The notes beneath the pieces were generated by a model. That model did no database searches, was not told the DNA's origin, and saw only the letters and a list, made by a program, of their open reading frames with translations. Of a stretch of 33,560 nucleotides of DNA, positions 1-7,394 are shown one piece after another. Numbering within the stretch: position 1 is the first letter of the stretch; every line of letters starts with the position of its first letter. The DNA comes from a virus, in the IMG/VR virus record IMGVR_UViG_3300045988_020463, positions 1 to 33,560 of that record; one strand, 5' to 3'. The position numbers and the translations under genes were made by a program.

Positions 1-99
1 CCGCCCGTTAACATGCCGAAGAAGAAAGAAACAAAATTGTCTAAAGAGGCTGTATCAGAAGCAGCTAAAAGATTTTACAACAAGTAACTAAAAAAAAAC
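1..99. repeat. Terminal overlap, copy 1 (identical to 33462..33560); contains the last 87 nt of the protease-scaffold CDS
   Basis: Base-by-base comparison: ccgcccgttaacatgccgaag...caagtaactaaaaaaaaac occurs at both ends of the window. The repeat sits inside a CDS, which fits an assembler overlap on a circular or permuted genome. Confidence 0.95.
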
Positions 100-107
100 A
101 AAAGATT

Positions 108-1052
108 ATGGCTTTTACATTTACAGACCTTAACAAATTGAACCTCAACTCATTAAACGAGGTTATTTCTTTGACCGTCGGTCTTGCCGGTGAAATCGCA
201 CAAGGCATTACAGTAATGAACGGTATCCCTAACGGTACGCCCGTTGTTTCCCTTACAGCAGCTGATAAGGCATTGCGTAAATCAGCAGGATGTAACGGTG
301 AATACTTTTACAACAGCGTAGCTGATAAGGTTAAATATTACCAGCACGCACCTATCGAACTGCCTATTGAGATTTGCTTGCAAAGCTTGTGGGGTAAGAT
401 GGTTGCAAAGGGTATCAACCTTGATGACAACTTCTCTGAAACCGAATTGGCTGGCTTCATTCAGTCCGAGGTATTGAAGGTGTTGGAGGCAGACCTGCTT
501 CGCTTGGCCTGGTTGGACGGTAACGTATCGGCAGAAGCAACTGGTTACGGTATCTTCGCCAACGGCGGTATCATCAAGCAGTACAAGGATAGCGCAATGA
601 CTGAAAAAGTATTGGTTCTCGATACTAACGGCGTTCTCGCTGCATTGCGCGGTGCTATTGACGCACAACGCCCCGATACACTGGACAACTCTGAATTCTT
701 CGTTACGTCTAACGTTATGCGCTTGTACAAGAACTTGTTGCAGACACGTGATAACAGTGTGGCGCAGTCCGATATCGTTGACGGTCGACCGGTGTATTAC
801 TTCGAGGGTTACAAGATTAACGAACTGAGACACGTTTCTAACGCAGCTACTGTTGACGGTTTGGACACCGCGTTTATCGCGTTCACCCCGAAGGACAATA
901 TTCAGATTGCACTGGAAAGCGCTGGTACAGTTATTGCTCCGTTCATCCAGGATGCTAAGAGCAGAAACTACTACTCACAGACTTTGTTCGCGGCTGATGC
1001 TATGTTGGTAGCTCCCGAGAAGATGCAGTTGTGGTTGACCGCAAGAGCATAA
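108..1052 (+). CDS. Probable major capsid protein (HK97-fold type, no delta domain)
   Basis: 314-aa ORF immediately downstream of the prohead protease/scaffold gene. It carries the exact consensus leader AAAAACAAAAGATTATG and is followed by a hairpin plus T8 terminator. Assignment rests on position and size; no diagnostic motif was recognised. Confidence 0.6.
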   Translation: MAFTFTDLNKLNLNSLNEVISLTVGLAGEIAQGITVMNGIPNGTPVVSLTAADKALRKSAGCNGEYFYNSVADKVKYYQHAPIELPIEICLQSLWGKMVAKGINLDDNFSETELAGFIQSEVLKVLEADLLRLAWLDGNVSAEATGYGIFANGGIIKQYKDSAMTEKVLVLDTNGVLAALRGAIDAQRPDTLDNSEFFVTSNVMRLYKNLLQTRDNSVAQSDIVDGRPVYYFEGYKINELRHVSNAATVDGLDTAFIAFTPKDNIQIALESAGTVIAPFIQDAKSRNYYSQTLFAADAMLVAPEKMQLWLTARA

Positions 1053-1078
1053 AGTAATTAAATCATTTACTAATTAAA

Positions 1079-1112
1079 GGGGTTGGGAATATTAACCCAT
1101 CCCCTTTTTTTT
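1079..1112 (+). terminator. Rho-independent terminator/attenuator after the capsid gene
   Basis: ggggttggg-aatattaa-cccatcccc (9-bp stem, one mismatch) followed by tttttttt. Confidence 0.75.
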
Positions 1113-1126
1113 ATTTCAAAAATAAT

Positions 1127-1654
1127 ATGGCAAAAAGTTGTTTAGGTAAACTATCCGGAAACATCACCGTAGGGTGTACGATTCCGCAGGTAGGTATCAA
1201 AAATATATATTTGGTGCACGCAGAGGATGCTAAATTAGCGTTTTCATCCACAGGTACTTATGTCAATGGCATAACGTTTGCCTCGGGCGCTAAATCTATC
1301 TTGGTAGAAGGGTACAAACAAAATATCCAAGTTACCGGGTCTATCCGGGCTATGGATGCTTCGGTAAAGCAGGATATTAGCGTAGTTTTTAAAATGCCGC
1401 GTTCCGGCTCTTACGTAACGCAGACAAGACCTATCCTCACGGGCAAATTCTATGTCCTGGTGGAAGAAGCGAACGGCGAATATACATTCGTGGGTGGTGT
1501 GTCTCCTTTGGAGTGTTCGGGGTTTGATTTCGACAGCAACGCAAACGCAGGTATGATAACAGTAACGTTAACCGCGCCCGAGGGTTCGGCAGGGAATTAT
1601 TTCACTTATGTGGTCGCAGACGTAGTTACCGCAATAATCTCTAAATCAGTTTAA
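1127..1654 (+). CDS. Virion-module protein, paralog 1 of 3 (function unknown; tail tube or capsid accessory are guesses)
   Basis: 175 aa with N-terminus MAKSC-X11-C. Shares the CX11C N-terminus and overall layout with the next two ORFs. Confidence 0.7.
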   Translation: MAKSCLGKLSGNITVGCTIPQVGIKNIYLVHAEDAKLAFSSTGTYVNGITFASGAKSILVEGYKQNIQVTGSIRAMDASVKQDISVVFKMPRSGSYVTQTRPILTGKFYVLVEEANGEYTFVGGVSPLECSGFDFDSNANAGMITVTLTAPEGSAGNYFTYVVADVVTAIISKSV

Positions 1655-1656
1655 TT

Positions 1657-2199
1657 ATGGCATGTATTTCAAAATTGGCAAACGCAATTTCCTATGATTG
1701 CGACAGTGGCGCTACTGGTTTAGTGAGCGCGTTGATTATTAACAAATCTGACATAGCAAGTTATTCGGTCGATACGACAGGTATCGCTACGGTTGCTCTG
1801 AGGGCAGGCGCGAGTGCATATAAAATAGACACCGTTAAACGAACTTTAGTTCTATCTTCGGCATTGAAAGTAAATGACGGAGCGCCTAATGCGCACACCC
1901 ATACTGCCACCATCACAGTTACAACAACGGCTCTTTCGGGTTCTCTATTTGCGCAGCGAAACGCACTAACGAACGGAACGTTCGTAATTTTGGCACGTGC
2001 TGCTGGCAACCCGGGCGGGTACGTAGGGGTTTACGGTCTGTATTACGGATTGAGCGCTACGGGGATGGATATGAGCTCGCATGATAACGCTGGGTGGGCA
2101 ACTGTAACTTTGGAGACCCCCGAAAATGTTATAGGGGAAGACCCTTGCCTCATGACTTCTACAGCATACGACGCGCTTTATGCAGCAGCAGTAGGATAA
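1657..2199 (+). CDS. Virion-module protein, paralog 2 of 3
   Basis: 180 aa with N-terminus MACISKLANAISYDC. Shares SDIASYSV, VYGL, ATVTL and YDAL blocks with paralog 3. Confidence 0.75.
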   Translation: MACISKLANAISYDCDSGATGLVSALIINKSDIASYSVDTTGIATVALRAGASAYKIDTVKRTLVLSSALKVNDGAPNAHTHTATITVTTTALSGSLFAQRNALTNGTFVILARAAGNPGGYVGVYGLYYGLSATGMDMSSHDNAGWATVTLETPENVIGEDPCLMTSTAYDALYAAAVG

Positions 2200-2230
2200 T
2201 AATTAACTAAAAAAGAAAGGAAAAAATAAT

Positions 2231-2797
2231 ATGGCATGTATAGGAAAAATTTCTTCAAGCTTGGCATTGCCTTGTGGCGCTCCCGGGGTATCAGACTTTG
2301 GTCAGCCCCAATCCGCTTTCGTACTTAACGCCTCGGATATTGCGAGCTATACGGTAAATGACATCTCCGGGCTTGCTACGATTACGAGGAAGGCCTCAGC
2401 AGTAGGTTATGAAATTACGGCTATTAATAACGCTATGGTTGTAACGGTGGGTTTGAAATCGCAGGACATTATACCGGGTGCTTATGATGTATCTATTACC
2501 TTTAAGTCACTTTCGGGGCATAGAAATATAAGTAGCACGGAGGCTCCTTTGGGGGTTGTCGGTGCGTTAGGGCGAGCAGAACTGGTGTTTGCTGTAGACC
2601 ACGGTGACGGTTTTTGCCGGGTCTACGGCTTGGGCGCTCCGTTGGTTTGTACCGAGATATCGGGCGATTCAAGCGCGAGCTCTTATGTAACATACACATA
2701 TGGCGTTGAGGATTGGCAAGTAGGCACAACTATTCACGGATTGAGTAAAGTGGATTACGACGCGCTATCTACACCAGCAGCAGCACCAGGAGCATAA
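2231..2797 (+). CDS. Virion-module protein, paralog 3 of 3
   Basis: 188 aa with N-terminus MACIGKISSSLALPC. SDIASYTV, VYGL and YDAL blocks align with paralog 2. Confidence 0.75.
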   Translation: MACIGKISSSLALPCGAPGVSDFGQPQSAFVLNASDIASYTVNDISGLATITRKASAVGYEITAINNAMVVTVGLKSQDIIPGAYDVSITFKSLSGHRNISSTEAPLGVVGALGRAELVFAVDHGDGFCRVYGLGAPLVCTEISGDSSASSYVTYTYGVEDWQVGTTIHGLSKVDYDALSTPAAAPGA

Positions 2798-2812
2798 TAA
2801 ATCAAAAAGAAA

Positions 2813-3169
2813 ATGGCAGAAGAAAAAACTAATACTACGGGGCAGGGCGAGAGCACTGCTCCCGTTGTTGCTGAACCGAAGGTTGCAACATTACAAGAAA
2901 AGTTAGACACGTATTTTGCAATGACTGGTCTAAAACTTGACCCGAATTGTCACATGGATATGGAATATTTATCTTTGTGGTACGAAACGAAGTATTTAAC
3001 TAAAGTGGTTTACAGATGGGCGATGAAGCCCGGCGCGCGTATCGTGCATTACGTCGACGGTGTTGTGTATAAGAGCGCGAACATGACCGACGAAATCGCG
3101 GAACGCCTTATGACTGAAAACCCGGCTTATGCTGAATGCTTCGTAGAAATCAATAAAGAGGAGAATTAA
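2813..3169 (+). CDS. Hypothetical structural-module protein
   Basis: 118-aa ORF with an A-rich leader (aaatcaaaaagaaaATG), tightly packed between the paralogs and the portal gene. Confidence 0.6.
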   Translation: MAEEKTNTTGQGESTAPVVAEPKVATLQEKLDTYFAMTGLKLDPNCHMDMEYLSLWYETKYLTKVVYRWAMKPGARIVHYVDGVVYKSANMTDEIAERLMTENPAYAECFVEINKEEN

Positions 3170-3171
3170 AT

Positions 3172-4341
3172 ATGATAGGTTACAGACGTTTCGCGCTTGT
3201 TGTCGAAAAGGCGCTTAAGTTGTCCGCTAATACGGGCGATAAGATTATTAACTACGGAGATGGCAACTTATATCCGCAAGAAATAGCAGAGCTTATATAC
3301 GCCTCCAAGACAGCCACGGCCGCGGTCGAGAAAATGACCGAGAACATTATTTGTGAGGGCTTCAAAAACGAAGATTTCGCGGCGATAACAAACGGGAATG
3401 GCTGTAATATGGACGATGTTTTAGAGGCTACGGCAAACGATGTCGCACGTTTCAGGGGCTGGGCTTGGATAGTCCAATATGGTTTGACACCCGAAGGCTA
3501 CAAGCCCCGAAACGTGTACAACGTGCCGTTTGAATACGTACGTGCCGAGATGAACGACAATTATTTGAAAGACCCGGCAATAAAAAGATGGCGCGTTTTC
3601 AATAATTGGGACAGACAGAACGTCAAGGCAACGAGCAGCGCACAGAATTCCACGGTATATCCTACCTTTGACCCGGAAAACTTCGCATCAGAGGTTGAGG
3701 AATGCGGCGGTATCGAGAACCATAAGGGGCAGCTATTATACGTGAACCTTGGTACAACGCGCCCGTATCCCCTTAGCACGTTCCATTCGGTACGAAACGA
3801 GATGAGCGCGGAGGACAAGAACGGCAAATACGTTAACCGTACTTTGGGCAGGGGCTTCCACATGTGTAGTATCGTGTCGCACGGTGATTTCGAGACCGAG
3901 CAGGCACAGCAGGAGTTCCGAGATACGTTAGCCGAAATGATGGGTAGTGAGAACGCTGGCTCCGTGCTTACAGTAAGGGATGAAAACGTAGCCACGGACA
4001 AACCGTTTATCCGGGTTGACCAGTTAGGTAGCCCAATAGATAGGGAGCTGTATAAGGCGTATGTAGAACCCCTTAGAAAGGACATCGCTATATCGGCTTA
4101 TAATATCCCGTTACCCCTTATTGACAGTTCGCTGATGACCTACTCAAACGCTTCGGGCGAGGTTATAAAGGAGCTGCAAAAGGTGTACCGCAACAGCTTG
4201 CAAAAGATACGTCAACGCATTTCGCGCGAGTTGTACCAAGTGTTCGGGGTTGACCCGTCAGTTACAGAAATTAATAATAAATTTGAAGAAGATGGAAGAC
4301 CTGAAATCATACCCGATAATATTGTTCCGCCAGTTGTTTGA
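3172..4341 (+). CDS. Probable portal protein (HK97-family-like)
   Basis: 389 aa, a typical size for this family. The layout resembles Phage_portal proteins: an N-terminal block (SKTATAAVEKMTENIICEGF), ...GWAWIVQY..., and a central EQAQQEFRDTLAEMMGSENAGSVLTV followed by LYKAYVEPLRKDIAISAYNIPLPLI. Recognised by eye; no HMM was run. Confidence 0.6.
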   Translation: MIGYRRFALVVEKALKLSANTGDKIINYGDGNLYPQEIAELIYASKTATAAVEKMTENIICEGFKNEDFAAITNGNGCNMDDVLEATANDVARFRGWAWIVQYGLTPEGYKPRNVYNVPFEYVRAEMNDNYLKDPAIKRWRVFNNWDRQNVKATSSAQNSTVYPTFDPENFASEVEECGGIENHKGQLLYVNLGTTRPYPLSTFHSVRNEMSAEDKNGKYVNRTLGRGFHMCSIVSHGDFETEQAQQEFRDTLAEMMGSENAGSVLTVRDENVATDKPFIRVDQLGSPIDRELYKAYVEPLRKDIAISAYNIPLPLIDSSLMTYSNASGEVIKELQKVYRNSLQKIRQRISRELYQVFGVDPSVTEINNKFEEDGRPEIIPDNIVPPVV

Positions 4342-4735
4342 GATAGCAACGGACGTCAAGGACAACAAGATAGAAAAGGCGTTCTTCGAGGCAGACCTAC
4401 TCGACATATTACCCCAGGTTGGCAGCATGTATGATGCCGTCCCCGGGAAATATATCGCGGACGGGTCTAACTTCGCAGGACTTGAAAGGGTTATCTGTTA
4501 TTACGCGTTCGCGCGGTATTTGCAGATATCAGACCAAAACAGTACGAGCACGGGTATGAAGATTCAGACCTATGGAGGTTCGGTAGTCGTACCCGATACA
4601 AGCAAGGTTAAAAGGTTTGAAGCCGAACGGGGCAAAGCAGACCTTTTCATAGAGCCGTTGATTAGCCAGATGAAGGCGGACGGGTTTATAAAGGCATGTA
4701 CGGTATTGAATACCCGTATCGGGTTAATCAAGTGA
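4292..4735 (+). CDS. Hypothetical protein (possible head-tail connector)
   Basis: Track ORF is 4250..4735. The first ATG with an A-rich leader is 4292 (MEDLKSYPI...), which overlaps the portal 3' end by 50 nt. The start is uncertain and the function is guessed from position only. Confidence 0.5.
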   Translation: MEDLKSYPIILFRQLFEIATDVKDNKIEKAFFEADLLDILPQVGSMYDAVPGKYIADGSNFAGLERVICYYAFARYLQISDQNSTSTGMKIQTYGGSVVVPDTSKVKRFEAERGKADLFIEPLISQMKADGFIKACTVLNTRIGLIK

Positions 4736-5211
4736 TGGAACAATTAGAGACCTATTTCCGCGCGTTTTTTGCTGTTACCGTTCTAACAGTAGTTACGGAT
4801 ATACGGGACTTTATTTTTTTAACGATTATCGTTACCGCGTTGAACTGGTTGGTAGGTTATTTGGCAGACCGGGCGAAAGGAAAGCCCTACAAGCACAAAA
4901 AGACCATGCAGGCGGTTAAGGAATTGTTCCTAACCAATGTGATTCTTTTCTTTGTAGCCCTAACGTGCAACATGTTAGAACCGGGAATAGATTATCAGCT
5001 TTTAGTTAAGGCGCTCACGGGTATATTCCTTATTATATACGCGCGTAACATAACAAGAAACCTACGGGTAGTACAGCCGGGGAACGAATTCGTGAAGGTG
5101 CTAAACAGCATAGCGAATAGCAAGTATTTCCAACTTAAGAAAAAGATTAAGGACGGCGAATATGAAATACCCTTAGAAGAAAAGGAGAAAGAAGATGGCG
5201 AGCAGCAGTAA
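4735..5211 (+). CDS. Holin-like membrane protein
   Basis: ATG overlaps the upstream stop (gtgATGg). About four hydrophobic helices (FFAVTVLTVV, FIFLTIIVTALNWLVGYL, LFLTNVILFFVALTC, LTGIFLIIYA) and a highly charged C-terminal tail. Lies immediately upstream of the endolysin. Confidence 0.7.
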   Translation: MEQLETYFRAFFAVTVLTVVTDIRDFIFLTIIVTALNWLVGYLADRAKGKPYKHKKTMQAVKELFLTNVILFFVALTCNMLEPGIDYQLLVKALTGIFLIIYARNITRNLRVVQPGNEFVKVLNSIANSKYFQLKKKIKDGEYEIPLEEKEKEDGEQQ

Positions 5212-5710
5212 GTTAGTACCGTTCATCCTTCAGTGGGAAGGCGGTTTCGTTAATGACCCTGACGACCTCGGGGGCGCAACAAACAAAGGTATCACTATAG
5301 GCACATTCACCGAATTCAAGAAGCGGAAGGGGCAAAAAGCCCCTACCGTTAATGACTTGAAAAACATATCCGATGCCGAATGGCACAATATTTTCAAGTC
5401 CTTGTACTGGGATAGGTGGAAAGCCGATGAGATTAAAAACCAATCGGTAGCAAATATCTTAGTTGATTGGGTTTGGGCTTCCGGTTCGCACGGTATAAAG
5501 CGCCCACAACGCCTTTTGGGCGTCAAGGCGGATGGTATCGTAGGCAAACAGACCATTGCAGCCGTTAACGCTACGGACGCGGCTACGCTCTTTAAAATGA
5601 TTAAAGACGATAGGGCAAAGTTCATCGATGAAATATGCAAGGCGAGACCCGAAAACGAGAAATACCGCAAGGGGTGGATGAACCGTATTAATGCTATACG
5701 CTATGAATAA
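5195..5710 (+). CDS. Endolysin, glycoside hydrolase family 108 N-terminal domain plus PG_binding_3-like C-terminal domain
   Basis: LQWEGGFVNDPDDLGGATNKGIT matches the GH108 signature (EGG...DpGG.T..GIt). RLLGVKADGIVGKQTIAAVN resembles the peptidoglycan-binding domain. Confidence 0.9.
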   Translation: MASSSKLVPFILQWEGGFVNDPDDLGGATNKGITIGTFTEFKKRKGQKAPTVNDLKNISDAEWHNIFKSLYWDRWKADEIKNQSVANILVDWVWASGSHGIKRPQRLLGVKADGIVGKQTIAAVNATDAATLFKMIKDDRAKFIDEICKARPENEKYRKGWMNRINAIRYE

Positions 5711-6281
5711 ACTACAAAAAATAATCGTAGGATTTGCGGTCCTTATGGTGCTGTTTGGTGCGGTAACCAAGATGGTAGACACCATAAGGAAGCAAAGAGC
5801 CGAAATAGGACGTTTAGAACGTAACGTTGAGGCGATGAACGACGCACAGATAGAGTACAAAACAAAACTTGGGGACGCGGCTGTGAAGTGTAAAGCTTTA
5901 GAGATGTCGCACAAGGAGCTAAAGAAGACGAACGCAGACCTATATAAAGAGGTGGATGCGCTTAACGTCCGGGTGAAGGACGCGCTTTCCGCAACCCGTA
6001 CCGTTACCAAGACCGTAATAAAGGAGGTTGTGCGTACCGATACGGTAGCCGGGGAACTTATAGCGGAATACCGGGACGCATGGAACACAATACAAGCGAG
6101 AGTTAAACGGGATAGCACGGAATTAAGCTACCAAGGCAGGGACACGATAACGGGTGTTATCACAGTCCGAAAGAAAAGATTCTTGTTTTTCAGATGGGGG
6201 GTCAAGGCTATAGAGCACGACATATCAAACAAAAACCCCAAATCAAAGATAGATATAGACATAGCTGTAAAGCTAAAATAA
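5703..6281 (+). CDS. Lysis-cassette membrane-anchored coiled-coil protein (i-spanin-like candidate)
   Basis: Start MNKLQK overlaps the endolysin stop. N-terminal TM helix IIVGFAVLMVLFGAV, then long heptad-like charged stretches. It is the last gene before the late terminator. Confidence 0.55.
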   Translation: MNKLQKIIVGFAVLMVLFGAVTKMVDTIRKQRAEIGRLERNVEAMNDAQIEYKTKLGDAAVKCKALEMSHKELKKTNADLYKEVDALNVRVKDALSATRTVTKTVIKEVVRTDTVAGELIAEYRDAWNTIQARVKRDSTELSYQGRDTITGVITVRKKRFLFFRWGVKAIEHDISNKNPKSKIDIDIAVKLK

Positions 6282-6287
6282 TTAGGA

Positions 6288-6319
6288 AATGGAGGGCTGT
6301 TAACAGTTCTCCATTTTTT
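6288..6319 (+). terminator. Rho-independent terminator ending the late block
   Basis: aatggag...ctccatt stem with an inner ctgttaacag palindrome, followed by tttttt. Confidence 0.8.
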
Positions 6320-6335
6320 GTTAACATTCTTTAGA

Positions 6336-6555
6336 CACAGCCTGCACAGTAGAAAAGTGGGTCTGTGCAGGTCTCTGTGCAGTCTAACTCCTTATATTAT
6401 AATACATTATATGTAAATGCACAGTAAACACAGTAAAAAGGGGGTAAAACATTATCCTGGAGAATATACCATTTACCACTATAGAACGAGCTGTAGAAAC
6501 CACTATATTCTATATTAAAGTTTAGAAAAAAGGGTGTGTTTCTGTGCAGTGCAGG
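6336..6555 (+). repeat. Duplicated intergenic element, copy A (partner 23147..23358)
   Basis: By eye, the two flanking blocks are about 85-90% identical to copy B and surround a diverged centre of about 45 bp. Contents: hairpin CCTGCACAG-N13-CTGTGCAGG (6341..6371); further CTGTGCAG at 6375 and 6542; TGCACAG at 6418; AT palindrome TATTATAATA at 6395..6404. Confidence 0.9.
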
Positions 6556-6646
6556 ATAAAACACTGATAAATAGCACTTTAGCCCTCACACACTGTTTCT
6601 TTACATCTTTTCACTTTTCATTAAGGTTTATTAGCACAAAAAGAGA

Positions 6647-6676
6647 TACAACCTATTGATATTTGCCGTATATTTG
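6647..6676 (+). promoter_or_regulatory. Early promoter (TACAAC-N16-TATATTTG; lacks the GTTAAC box)
   Basis: TATATTTG at 6669..6676 fits the Bacteroidota -7 consensus TAnnTTTG. The stretch caacctattgatatttgccgtatatttgcaatgtcaaaaggaaa is nearly identical to 16585..16625. Confidence 0.65.
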
Positions 6677-6805
6677 CAATGTCAAAAGGAAACAAGGGTT
6701 TCCCGGAAGGCATGAGGTCACCGAGACATTAAATCGGAAATAACCGTGAACAAGTAAGAACGTAGATTTGTTATCATTGTATTAGCGTATAAAACGAAGC
6801 GAAGT

Positions 6806-7030
6806 ATGAAAGCAGTTGATTTAATTTTCAGAGAAACGCTGACCGAGGGTCAGTTCGAAATGAAGAGCCACGTATTAGTATTTATAGACGAGGCAGGCAA
6901 CGAGTATAGCGATACCTTTTCAGAGGTACGCCATAACGGGAGATTTGAGGCATACCAATACAACGGTATGAACTACGAGTACATGCAGAACCTTTTGGAA
7001 GCTATTTTCTTAAATAAGGTTAACAAGTGA
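6806..7030 (+). CDS. Hypothetical early protein
   Basis: 74-aa ORF, the first gene of the early block. Confidence 0.6.
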   Translation: MKAVDLIFRETLTEGQFEMKSHVLVFIDEAGNEYSDTFSEVRHNGRFEAYQYNGMNYEYMQNLLEAIFLNKVNK

Positions 7031-7060
7031 ACCAACGTATTTGCAAAAGCGTTATATTTG
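7019..7060 (+). promoter_or_regulatory. Early promoter, GTTAAC class
   Basis: GTTAAC-aagtga-ACCAAC-N16-TATATTTG. GTTAAC starts exactly 34 nt before the TA of the -7 box. Confidence 0.7.
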
Positions 7061-7086
7061 CACCAACAATTTAAAAAGATAAAGTT

Positions 7087-7362
7087 ATGAAAGGGCAAAA
7101 GTTTATTATCGACGAAGTGAAAAAACATTTGCAGTCGAGCGCGAGGAAGAACAAATACCAAGTTATCGACGCGGTGCAGGAAATGCCGACGTTCGAAGGG
7201 TTTATACTCCCTTACTACGTATCTACAATGGAAGGAACACAATACCCCGTGAACGTTGAAGAAATGTATATCTACTGCGACGAGTGGGACGAGTTCTATA
7301 ATGAGACAGTGGCAAAGGTTGCACAAGCCATTTTGGAAGCCGAACAAATCAAAGAAGCATAA
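7087..7362 (+). CDS. Hypothetical early protein
   Basis: 91-aa ORF downstream of the promoter, with leader caatttaaaaagataaagttATG. Confidence 0.65.
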   Translation: MKGQKFIIDEVKKHLQSSARKNKYQVIDAVQEMPTFEGFILPYYVSTMEGTQYPVNVEEMYIYCDEWDEFYNETVAKVAQAILEAEQIKEA

Positions 7363-7394
7363 ATTAGTTATTCACCATATAAAAAGAAAAGAAA

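Noticed and set aside
5459-6118. 219-aa minus-strand ORF
   Set aside because: It lies entirely inside the + strand endolysin and lysis-protein genes, which have strong motif support. It has no leader or promoter, and every other gene is on the + strand. It is a shadow ORF.
5703-6281. Embedded o-spanin (Rz1-like) inside the TM/coiled-coil lysis gene
   Set aside because: The out-of-frame ATGs at 5956, 6080 and 6194 give peptides of 6, 8 and 46 aa without a signal peptide or lipobox.
6341-6371. The CCTGCACAG-N13-CTGTGCAGG inverted repeat as a site-specific recombinase core site (two circles resolved from direct repeats)
   Set aside because: The spacer is 13 nt and differs between the copies, which is incompatible with tyrosine-recombinase strand exchange, and no recombinase is encoded. 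It is kept only as a remote alternative in the finding.
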